This document shows positions 37,758-49,800 of a stretch of DNA of 64,000 nt, piece after piece. The notes beneath the pieces were generated by a model that saw only the letters and a list, made by a program, of their open reading frames with translations, had not been told where the DNA came from and did not search any database. Within the stretch, counting starts at the first letter, position 1, and each line of letters opens with the position of its first letter. A program made the position numbers and the translations under genes. Source of the DNA: Narcine bancroftii (taxonomy: Eukaryota); assembly GCF_036971445.1 (NCBI RefSeq), contig NC_091478.1, positions 63,054,001-63,118,000 on the forward strand, written 5' to 3'.

Positions 37758-40700
37758 TTGCTTGGCCACGGCACACGAACCATGGGTGTAAAGGGTGGGG
37801 CCAGTACTGCGCGCACTGCACTCCACCTAAAAGCTCCTTTGCGCAGGCCCGAGGATAGGTCCACGTCCTCCCCCTCCACGTCCTCCCCCTCCACGTCCTC
37901 CCCCTCCACATCCTCCCCCTCCATGTCCTCCCCCTCAAAAGATGCTCACAAACTCAAGCTAGCATGCTGGAACATCAGAACCATGCTAGACAAGGCTGAC
38001 AGCCACCGACCTGAACGTCGGTCTGCCCTCATTGCACATGAACTCCTCAGACTTGACATCGACATAGCCGCTCTCAGTGAAGTCCGCCTGGCAGACGTAG
38101 GCAGCCTCCAAGAACGCGGCGCGGGCTACACACTCTACTGGTCTGGCAAGCCTTCGGATGAACGACGCCTATCTGGTGTAGGCTTCATGGTCAAGAGCTT
38201 CATTGCCTCCAAACTCGAAAACCTTCCGACAGGCCTCTTGGACCGAATCATGTCCATGCGACTCCCACTTCAAAACAAGCGTCACATCACCCTCATCAGT
38301 GTCTATGCTCCAACCCTCCAGGCGGAACCAGCAGAAAAGGACAAGTTCTACACCGACCTGCGCAACCTCATCCAACGTACCCCTACAGCCGACAAGGTTG
38401 TCATCCTGGGCGACTTCAACGCTCGTGTCGGCAAAGACTCAGAAACCTGGCCAGGAATCCTGGGCAAGCATGGCGTCGGCAAGTGCAACGACAATGGGCG
38501 CCTCCTGTTGGAGCTCTGCGCAGAACAGCGACTTGTCATTACAAACACCCTTTTTCAGCAGAGGGACAGCCTTAAGACCACCTGGATGCATCCCCGATCC
38601 AAACACTGGCACCTCCTGGACTACATCCTGGTGCGAGAAAGTGACAAACAAGATGTGCTCCACACCAGGGTCATGCCTAGCGCGGAATGCCACACTGACC
38701 ACCGGCTGGTTCGCTGCAAGCTCAACCTTCACTTCAAGCCAAAGCCCAGGAACATTAAAGCCCCCAGAAAGAGGTTCAATGTTGGAAACCTGCAGTCAGA
38801 CGAAGCGAGAGGAAACTTCCAGGCAAACCTCAAAGCAAAGCTCGACGTTGCAACCCGCCTCACGGACCCGTCCCCTGAAACCCTCTGGGATCAGTTGAAG
38901 ACTACCATACTGCAATCCACTGAAGAGGTACTGGGCTTCTCCTCCAGGAAAAACAAGGACTGGTTTGACGAAAACTGCCAGGAAATCCAGGAGCTGCTGG
39001 CAAAGAAGCGAGCTGCCCACCAGGCTCACCTTACAAAGCCGTCCTGTCCAGAGAAGAAACAAGCCTTCCGTCGCGCATGCAGCCATCTTCAGCGCAAACT
39101 CCGGGAGATCCAAAATGAGTGGTGGACTAGCCTCGCCAAACGAACACAGCTCAGCGCGGACATTGGCGACTTTAGGGGTTTCTACGAGGCTCTAAAGGCT
39201 GTGTACGGCCCCTCACCCCAAGTCCAAAGCCCGCTGCGCAGCTCAGACGGCAAAGTCCTCCTCAGCGACAAGATCTCCATCCTCAACCGATGGTCAGAAC
39301 ACTTCCAATCTCTTTTCAGTGCCAACCGCTCAGTCCAAGATTCCGCCCTGCTCCAGCTCCCTCAACAGCCCCTAAGGCTAGAGCTGGATGAGGTTCCCAC
39401 CCTGGATGAGACATATAAGGCAATCGAACAACTGAAAAGTGGCAAAGCAGCAGGTATGGATGGAATCCCCCCAGAAGTCTGGAAGGCTGGCGGCAAAACT
39501 CTGCATGCCAAACTGCATGAGTTTTTCAAGCTTTGTTGGGACCAAGGTAAACTGCCTCAGGATCTTCGTGATGCCACCATCATCACCCTGTACAAAAACA
39601 AAGGCGAGAAATCAGACTGCTCAAACTACAGGGGAATCACGTTGCTCTCCATTGCAGGCAAAATCTTCGCTAGGATTCTACTAACTAGAATAATACCTAG
39701 TGTCGCCGAGAATATTCTCCCAGAATCACAGTGCGGCTTTCGCGCAAACAGAGGAACCACTGACATGGTCTTTGCCCTCAGACAGCTCCAAGAAAAGTGC
39801 AGAGAACAAAACAAAGGACTCTACATCACCTTTGTTGACCTCACCAAAGCCTTCGACACCGTGAGCAGGAAAGGGCTTTGGCAAATACTAGAGCGCATCG
39901 GATGTCCCCCAAAGTTCCTCAACATGATTATCCAACTGCACGAAAACCAACAAGGTCGGGTCAGATACAGCAATGAGCTCTCTGAACCCTTCTCCATTAA
40001 CAATGGCGTGAAGCAAGGCTGTGTTCTCGCACCAACCCTCTTTTCAATCTTCTTCAGCATGATGCTGAAGCAAGCCATGAAAGACCCCAACAATGAAGAC
40101 GCTGTTTACATCCGGTACCGCATGGATGGCAGTCTCTTCAATCTGAGGCGCCTGCAAGCTCACACCAAGACACAAGAGAAACTTGTCCGTGAACTACTCT
40201 TTGCAGATGATGCCGCTCTAGTTGCCCATTCAGAGCCAGCTCTTCAGCGCTTGACGTCCTGCTTTGCGGAAACTGCCAAAATGTTTGGCCTGGAAGTCAG
40301 CCTGAAGAAAACTGAGGTCCTCCATCAGCCAGCTCCCCACCATGACTACCAGCCCCCCCACATCTCCATCGGGCACACAAAACTCAAAACGGTCAACCAG
40401 TTTACCTATCTCGGCTGCACCATTTCATCAGATGCAAGGATCGACAATGAGATAGACAACAGACTCGCCAAGGCAAATAGCGCCTTTGGAAGACTACACA
40501 AAAGAGTCTGGAAAAACAACTAACTGAAAAACCTCACAAAGATAAGCGTATACAGAGCTGTTGTCATACCCACACTCCTGTTCGGCTCCGAATCATGGGT
40601 CCTCTACCGGCACCACCTACTGCTCCTAGAACGCTTCCACCAGCGTTGTCTCCGCTCCATCCTCAACATCCATTGGAGCGCTTACACCCCTAACGTCGAA

Positions 40701-41138
40701 GTACTCGAGATGGCAGAGGTCGACAGCATCGAGTCCACGCTGCTGAAGATCCAGCTGCGCTGGATGGGTCACGTCTCCAGAATGGAGGACCATCGCCTTC
40801 CCAAGATCGTGTTATATGGCGAGCTCTCCACTGGCCACCGTGACAGAGGTGCACCAAAGAAAAGATACAAGGACTGCCTAAAGAAATCTCTTGGTGCCTG
40901 CCACATTGACCACCGCCAATGGGCTGATAACACCTCAAACCGTGCATCTTGGCGCCTCACAGTTTGGCGGGCAGCAACCTCCTTTGAAGAAGACCGCAGA
41001 GCCCACCTCACTGACAAAAGGCAAAGGAGGAAAAACCCAACACCCAACCCCAACCAACCAATTTTCCCTTGCAACCGCTGCAATCGTGTCTGCCTGTCCC
41101 GCATCGGACTTGTCAGCCACAAACGAGCCTGCAGCTGA
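37758..41138 (+). pseudogene. RTE ORF (APE endonuclease, reverse transcriptase, C-terminal C2H2-like motif) with one premature stop
   Basis: 921-aa ORF (ACWNIRT, LSEVR, VYAPT, LGDFNA, YRGITLL, DLTKAFD, QGCVLAP, LFADD). TAA at 40521-40523 where the other copies have CAA; the same frame continues to TGA at 41138. Confidence 0.95.
37860..37936 (+). repeat. 15-bp tandem repeat (TCCACGTCCTCCCCC, about 5 copies) encoding STSSP repeats
   Basis: Read directly; in frame with the RTE ORF. Confidence 0.9.
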
Positions 41139-43244
41139 CGTGGACTTTTTACCCCCTCCATAAATCTTCGTCCGCGAAGCCAAGCCAAAGAAGAAGAATA
41201 TACACCAAGACTCGCTTATGTTTAATTGGACTATTTAATCCTCGAACATTAAAAGTATCAAACCTCAACTTTGATATATCTACTATTATTACTAAATACC
41301 AATAATATCTTTATATAAAAACTCAAATCAATGTATATAGGCCCTCCAATAAAAAAATCACATATTAAAAACTAAAAAAATTTTTAAAATAAAATTTAAT
41401 AAATAATAAAGAAAAAGGAAAAAAAGAAAATCCCCCCCTCAAAAAAACTACCAAAAGGTAGTAATCCCCTAAACAAAAATTGGGTGTGGGTCACCCACCA
41501 GTGACTAATGACTAGTAAAGAACTTAGTACAAATCTCTCCCTCCCCAGCCAAACAGTCAATAACATCAAAATATCATAATAACAAAAGAAAAAATAAAAT
41601 AAGAAAATTCTTCTTTTCATCCTGAAGATCCCATTTCAGAAGGAGATAGACTCTTTCCATCCCCGTTTTTCCCATTTCTGCCATTTCTTCCATTTCCAGA
41701 ACAACCAGATTTTTCTTTAGGAGATAATGGTGGACTACGTCTTTGTCCTCTTATATCTGGCAATGAATCAGCAAAAATCATTGCTTCATGATCAGTTTCA
41801 AAAAACCGAAATTGATGGTCTCCATAAAACACCAACACTGCAGTGTAGCGAAAAGTAGACTTATAACCTTTACGCCACAAAACTTCTTTAACTGGATTGA
41901 ATCGACGTCAATGTTGAATGACATCTTGACTCAGATCAGGATAGAAAAATGACTCTGCTGTGCTGAATCAATAATGGGGTTTGTTGTTGTCTCGCATTTT
42001 GTACTGCAATTCAAACTATTGCTTCTATATCCAAAAAACTCAAACATCGAATTATTACCGGTCTTGGGGGTTGACCAGCTGAGGGTATTCTTCTTAAAGC
42101 TCTATAGGCTATTTCCAGTACCAATCCCCCAGAGAAGAATTCTTGCCCCTAATATTTGCGGAATCCAGTCTTTAAAAAAACGAAGACGATCTTGTCCTTC
42201 TATACCTTCTGGCAAACCAACAATTTTCACATTATTCCTTCTGCTTTGATTTTCCAAATAATCAATTTTTCTTTCTAGCTCCTTCTCATGATCTCATAAT
42301 TCTATGACTGATTTTTCCACCTTCAACACTTTTTCTGTATTAGAAGTCACTTGTTGTTTACAGTCCAAAAAAGCAGTCTGAATTTAAAAAAAATTCTTCA
42401 TAAGTTGCATCCACATGTGTCTTAATCATATTTAATTCTGAACTCATAACAGCATTCATTTCAACCATTTCAAACATTTGAGATGTCAACAAATCCTTCC
42501 AGGTTTTATAACAGCTTGAATAATTGCATTCAATGCCATACACTGGGAATCAGTAAATCTCACCTCTGCTCTCTATGACATAGTGGCAGAACAAAGTAAC
42601 TGCAGCTCCTGCTGCAACTCAACAGAAGGCATTTTAAGTTTAACTGCGGGTCTGGACTCCCAGCGATGGCACCCTGACTTCCTCAGGGGATTGCTACTTG
42701 TCTCCCCCCCCACTCCCCCCTCAGTATCTCATTGTTTTCTCATCAATTCACAAATAAAAATGATTTCTTCAGATTGAAATGCTGCCTGGTGCATTTCCAA
42801 CAATGGCATCGTCTTCCTACATGCTCCCTCCATTGAAATCGAAAGTCTTTCCAAATAGGGGTCCATTTCTTGGGAGCATGTACCTCCTTCTGGAGAATGA
42901 GTAATTCCAGCGCCATCCTTCATTTGGTGAGCAATAGATTTTTTTTTCAGCCTCCACAGGCGATCTTTGGGGTTTAGGCAATGAAGAAATTGAGCCTGGG
43001 GCTGTTTCAGGTCTCCAGGCCCCAGATCTTCAGCACTTCGAAAATGTAACTTCTTATGAACTTGAGGTTTAGTCTTTTTACCATTAGTGGTCATAATAAT
43101 TCCTTAATACTTCAAACTAAATTTTAAAAAGTTTAAAGTTGAAAACAAAGTGTTAAAAAATGGGTATTTAAAAGTCTGGCCAGAGAGGTTGAGATTGCAT
43201 GTCTAGACTCTATGCCATCTGCCACTCTCCACACCCCCCCCCCC

Positions 43245-43838
43245 CCCGATCTTTAGTAATAATGTAATTATAGCTCTCTTACATGAATCTGGCAAGTTTT
43301 CTTTTTCTTCTATCTGGTTTATTACTTCAAGGAGAGGTGGAATTAATAACTCTTCAAATGTTTTATAAAATTCTATTGGAAATCCATTCTCTCCTGGTGT
43401 TTTATTGTTCAGCAACTTTTTAAATATATCCTGTACTTCCTCTATTTCAAATGGTTTTATTAGTTTGTTTTGTTCCTCTTCTTGCAAATTCGGCAATTCA
43501 ATTTTAGCTTAAAAATTCCTCTATTTTATCATCTTTGCCCTCGTTCTCAGTTTGATACAATTGTTCATAAAATTCTTTAAAATTTTCATTAATCTCTGTT
43601 GGATTATATGTAATTTGTTTATCTTTTTTCCTTGATGCCAGTATCATTCTTTTAGCTTGTTCTGTTTTAAGTTGCCAGGCTAATATTTGATGTGTTTTTT
43701 CTCTCAGTTCGTAATATTTTTGCTTTGTTTTCATTATGTTCTTCTCCACCTGGTACGTTTGTAATGTTTCGTATTTAATTTTTTTGTCCGCTAATTCTCT
43801 CCTTTTTGTTATATCATCCTTTTTCACCAATTCCTTTC
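43245..43838 (-). mobile_element. L1 family B ORF2 segment (continuation of 32037-34520)
   Basis: KTPGENGFPIEFYK. Homologous to 598-1165. Confidence 0.85.
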
Positions 43839-46800
43839 CTTTTTTTTTAAACTTTATTTATTTGTTCAAAAAACAAATACTATATGACATATACAACAAT
43901 TAACCATAAACATGAACATTATTTTTTATATATAGAAAAAAAGAAAAAAAAAGGAAAAAGAACCTCCCCCTTCAGCCAACTCTCCTAAGGAGAGCCATAA
44001 AGAAAGAAAAAAGAAAAAATATTAAAAAAAAAAATACATATTAAGATCTAATCAATGTAAATAGAAATGTAAATATTCTGAATATAACAACCACATTAAT
44101 AAAAAATATAATTATCACACAAAACATATGTAATTTTTCTATTATTAAACAATATCTCATCTCATTATGCCATCTATTAATATCAATCATATTTGTATCT
44201 TTCCACATACTAGCAATATATTTTTTCACTACACATAAAGCTACATATACACAAGCAAGCTGAAACTTATCTAATCCCAAGCCTTTAAGAGGTTGCAAAC
44301 TACCCAATAAAAATACTGTCAGATCTAAAAGTATTTTAATCTTATACAGGTATTCTAAAAACAATTGAATTTTCTTCCAAAAAGATTGTATATGTACACA
44401 TGACCAAACAGTATGAAAAAAAGTTCCAACTGTATTACCACATCTAAAACACAAATCTGATCATGAAAACCATATTTTTTAAAATTCTTCAGGTGTTAAG
44501 TATAATTGATGTAAAAAATTTTCATTAATCATTGCATAACATGCATTTATCAATCTAGTTACACTAGCATCAGAGGGTGAGTAGAATAAATAGCTGGACT
44601 TACCAGGGCTTGGGCTCAGAAAGGTCAGACTCGGGGTCGGAGGAGACAGTGAGTCAGTGCCTGGTGTCGGGTGAGAGGAGGAGGAGCCAAGAGACAGCAT
44701 CAGAGGGTGAGTAGATTAAATAGCTGGACTTACTAATTTGGCTAGTCCAATCGACATGTAAATTCGATCTGGGAATCGAAGGAGGAGAAGCTCGGAGAGA
44801 GTGACGTGGAGGTAAACAGTTAAATACAAGGACTTACTGGGGCTTGGGCCTACTCAAATCGGGCTGGGAGTCAGAGGAGCAGGAGCTTGGAGAGAGTGAC
44901 TGGGTTAATTGGTCAAGGTTAATTGGTCAAGGGGCCAGCAAAAGGAGTAAAAGGGGAGGGAGCGGCCAGCGAGGAGCGGCGCACTGAGTGAGTGGGGCAC
45001 TGAAGGAGTGGGACTTCCAGCCTTTGGCTCAACAGGCTGAGGCAAAAGCAGGCGAGGAGAAAGGTAAGTGGCATTATTTTAGCTCAGCCATGCCTATGGG
45101 GTTAGTGCTTTGTACTGGATGTCAGATGTGGGAACCATGGGTGAGTCCCACCCTCCCAAATAGCCACATCTGCGTCAGGTGCACCGAGATGCAGTTCCTT
45201 AAGGACCGAGTTGGGAAACTGGAGCTGCAACTTGAGGACCTACGGCTGGTAAGGGAGAGTGAGGAGTTGATAGATTCAACTTTCAGGGACATAGTTACCC
45301 CAAGACCAGATGTGTCAGTTAAGTGAGTAACTGTCAGGGGAGGGAAGAAAAATACCAGGAAAATGGAGAGCACACCTGTGAATATCCCTCTCAGTTACAG
45401 GTATGTTTTGTTGGATGCTGTTGAGGGAGATGACCTGACAGAAGCTGGCAGCAGTGACCAGGTCGCTGGCACTGAGCCTGGCATGGTGGACAAAAAGGTA
45501 AAGAGGAATACAGTGGTCATTGGGGACTCCATTGTCAGAAATACAGACAGGAGATTCTGTGAGCCAGATAGGTATGCCCGCATGGTGTGCTGCCTCTCTG
45601 GTGCAAGGGTGCGGGATATCTCAAATCGGGTCCAGGGTATTCTAAAAGTGGAAGGCGAACAGCCTGATGTCTTGGTACATGTGGGTACCAATGACATAGA
45701 TAAAAAGAAGGAGGAAGTACTGAAAAAGGATTACAGAGAACTAGGACAAAAACTAAGAAATAGGACAGCCAGGGTGGTGATCTCTGGTTTGCTACCTGTG
45801 GCAAGTGCAACTGAGGACAAAAATGGAAGGTTAAGAAAAATGAATGTGTGGCTGAGGGGCTGGAGTAAAGGACAGGGTTTTGGCTTCTTGGATCATTGCG
45901 ATCTCTTTTGTGGAAGGCATGACCTCTACAAGAAGGATGGGTTACACCTAAACCCAAAAGGGGTCAATATATTGGCAGCTAGGTTTGGTACAGCCGTCGG
46001 GTGCGGTTTAAACTAATTTGGCAGTGGGGGTGGGAACCTGTATGATAGGGCAAAGGACAGAAAAGATAAAACAGGAAAAGCTAGGTTAGGCAGCGAAAGT
46101 AAAAAATCAGAAAGAGCAAGGAGGGTGAAAAAAGCAAATCTGAAGGCTTTATATCTTAATGCAAGAAGCATTCAGAACAAGGTAGATGAATTAGCTGTGG
46201 AAATTGAGATAAACAAATATGATTTGATTGGGATTACAGAAACATGGCTGCAGGGTGGGCAAGCCTGGGAACTTAACATCCCGGGGTACACGATATTTAG
46301 GAGGGATCGGCAAGAAAGAAAAGGGGGTGGGGTAGTATTGATGGTGAGAGAAGGGACCGACACGATTGACAGAAAGGATATCAACTCGGAAGATGCGGAA
46401 TCTATATGGGTAGAACTGAGGAATACCAAGGGGCGGAAAACGTTAGTGGGGGTGGTATATAGGCCTCCAAATAGTAGTGTAGAGGTGAGGGAAGGCATTA
46501 AAAGAGAAATTAGAAAACCGTGCAATAAGGGAACAGCTGTCATCATGGGAGACTTTAATTTGCATATAGATTGGACTAGTCAAATTAGTAAAAATACTGA
46601 GGAGGAGGAATTCCTTGAATGTTTACGGGACGGTTATCTAGACCAATATGTCGAGGAACCAACTCGGGAGCATGCCATTTTAGATTGGGTATTATGCAAT
46701 GATAAGGGGCTAATCAACAATCTTGTTGTATGAGGCCCTTTGGGTAGGAGCGATCACAATATGATTGAATTCTCACTCGACATGGAGAGTGATGAAATTA

Positions 46801-49800
46801 AAACCGAGACTAAGGTCCTGAATTTAAATAAAGGGAATTATGATGGTATGAGACGGGAGTTGAGTAAGATTGATTGGGTGGTGTTAATGGGGGAGTTGAC
46901 TGTGGATAGACAATGGAAAGCTTTCACAGATCTAATGGAGAAATTACAAAAACCGTTTATACCGGTTTGGCATAAAAATAAACCAAAAAAGGTGACTCAA
47001 CCGTGGATAACAAGGGAAATTAGAGACAGCATTAGGTCCAAAGAGAGAGCATATCAACTGGCCAGAAAAAGTACCACAACCGAAGACTGGGAGCAGTTCA
47101 AGATGCACCAAAGGAGGACAAAGGGATTAATCAAGAGAGCAAAAATAAATTACGAAAGTAAGCTTGCGGCAAATATAAAAACCGACTGCAAAAGCTTTTA
47201 TAAATATGTCAAGAGGAAAAGATTGGTGAAATCCAGAGTAGGTCCCTTGCAGTCGGAATCAGGGGAATATATAATGGGGAATAAGGAAATGGCAGACCAA
47301 TTAAATTCTTACTTTAGTTCTGTTTTTACAAGAGAGGATACAAATAACCTCCCAAGGATGTTGGGAAACATAGAGACTAATGCAAGGGAGGAACTGAAAG
47401 AAATCAGTATCTCTAAGGACATGGTCTTGGGGAAATTGATGGGATTGAAGGCAGATAAATCCCAAGGGCCTGATAATCTACATCCTAGGGTACTTAAGGA
47501 AGTGGCCAATCAGATAGCAGATGCTTTAAGAATTATTTTCCAGAACTCGATAGACTCAGGATCAGTACCCATGGATTGAAGGGTAGCTAATGTTACCCCA
47601 CTATTTAAAAAGGGGGGTAGAGAAAAAGCGGGGAATTATAGGCCGGTGAGCCTTACATCAGTAGTGGGCAAAATGATGGAATCCATTATTAAGGATGTAA
47701 TAGCGGAGCATATGACTAGCAGAGAAGGGATCGGACGGAGTCAACATGGATTTACAAAAGGTAAATCGTGCTTGACAAATCTATTGGAATTCTTTGAGAT
47801 GGTGACAGGTAAAAGAGATGGGGGAGAGCCCCTGGACTTCCAAAAGGCCTTCGATAAGGTCCCGCATAAATGACTGGCTTACAAAATCAAGGCTCATGGG
47901 AATGGGGGCAAAGTATTGATGTGGATTGAGAACTGGCTGGCAGGTAGAAGACAGAGAGTTGGGATAAATGGCTCGTTTTCTGAGTGGCAGGCGGTGACCA
48001 GTGGGGTGCCACAGGGATCTGTACTGGGACCCCAGCTGTTCACAATTTACATTAATGATCTGGATGAGGGGATTGGATGTAATATCTCCAAATTTGCAGA
48101 TGACACTAAGCTAGGAGGGGTTGTGTGCACGGAAGAGGGAGTCAGGAAGCTCCAGTGTGATTTGGATAAATTGAGGGACTGAGCAGATACATGGCAAATG
48201 CACTACAATATGGATAAATGTGAGGTTATCCACTTTGGTAATACAAACCGGAGGGCAGATTACTATTTGAATGGCAATAAATTAAGAGATGGGGAAGTGC
48301 AGAGAGACCTAGGGGTACTTGTACACCAGTCTCTGAAGGCGAGCATGCAGGTACAGCAGGCGGTTAAAAAGGCAAATGGTATGTTGGCCTTCATATCAAG
48401 AGGGTTTGAGTATAGGAACAAGAATACCTTACTGCAGTTGTACAGGGCCTTGGTGAGACTACACCTGGAGTATTGTGTGTAGTTTTGGTCACCTGATCTA
48501 AGGAAGGATGTTCTTGCAATGGAGGGAGTGCAGAGGCAATTCACCAGCCTGATACTTGGAATGACAGGAATGACTTATGAGGAAAGATTGCGCAAATTGG
48601 GAGTGTATTCGCTGGAGTTTAGAAGATTGAGAGGGGATCTCATAGAGACATATAAAATTCTGGCAGGACTGAACAGAATGGATGCAGATGGGATGTTTCC
48701 AATGATGGGGAAATCCAGAACCCGGGGCCATGGTTTGAGGATAATAGGTAAACCATTTAGGACAGAAATGAGGAGGAATTTCCTTACCCAGAGGGTGGTG
48801 AATCTGTGGAATTCATTGCCACAGAGGGCAGTAGAGGCAGGTTCATTAAATATATTTAATAGGGAATTAGATATATTTCTTCAGTATAAGGGTATTAAAG
48901 GTTACGGAGAGAAGGCGGGGACGGGGTACTGAACTTTAAGATCAGCCATGATCTCATTGAATGGCGGAGCAGGCTCGAAGGGTCGAATGACCTACTCCTG
49001 CTCCTATCTTCTATGTTTCTATAACAAATATCTACCCAATTATCCTCGGAAAAAAATAAAACCAATATCCGCTTCCCATTTACTTTTAGATCTATCCCAA
49101 TCCATTTTATCCACACAATCCTGTAATATTTGATACATAGATGAAATATAACCCTTCTCTGGTACCTTCATAAGAAAAGTCTCAAATTTAGTCATTTCAG
49201 GTAAAATTATATCTCTACCAAAAATATTTTTACCAAAGATTGAATTTGATAATAGAGAAACAAAGAGTTCTTATCAATATCAAAACTGTCCCTCATCTGA
49301 TTAAAAGATAAAAATTTACCCTCTTTAAAACAATCTCCCAAATTTTTCACACCTTCAAATCTCCAATGCAATAAACCGATTATGCATTGAAAAAGAAATA
49401 AGTTGATTATTATACAACAGAGTCAAAGCCGATAATTTACCCCTAAAGCCTATCATTTTATTTTTCTTTATCCAAAACTTCATTAAATGTTTTAGTATAG
49501 GCACATTATGTTGCCGTAACAAATTTATATTCCATCTAAACAAAAATTGATGTATTTCAAATTCAGAAATATTTGCCATCTCAATTTTAGCCCAACAAGG
49601 AGGCCATACTAAATCCATCAATGAACTAATAAATTTAAGTTGGGCTGCTTCATAATAATTTTGAAAATGTGGTAAATGTAATCCCCCTAACTCATATTTC
49701 CAATTTAATTTATTCAAAGCTACTCTCGAAAATTTACCTCTCCATAAAAACTCCCTAACAATTTTATTCAAGTCTCGAAAAAAAAATTATTAAGTAAATA

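Larger units (their letters stand above)
36769..41196 (+). mobile_element. Full-length RTE LINE plus 5' extension, bounded by an 11-bp TSD
   Basis: TSD AATATACACCA at 36758-36768 and 41197-41207. (AAG)n tail. The uninterrupted target is visible in the paralogous L1 at about 52150. Confidence 0.92.
34521..43235 (-). mobile_element. L1 family A copy nested in family B, itself interrupted at 36769-41196
   Basis: RT (YRPISLLNVDY, FDAEKAFDRVEW, TRQGCPLS), EN (VGGDFN, SRIDFF, SDHS) and ORF1/5' UTR at 41620-43235. Lacks the distal ORF2 and 3' UTR. Confidence 0.88.

Noticed and set aside
37168-37936. CRISPR-like array or prokaryotic RT system (retron, DGR)
   Set aside because: Repeats are contiguous without unique spacers, and all RTs are eukaryotic non-LTR types in a spliced-gene context.
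37125-37938. Long Pro/Gly/Arg-rich ORFs on both strands
   Set aside because: By-products of the GC-rich tandem repeats; no domain.
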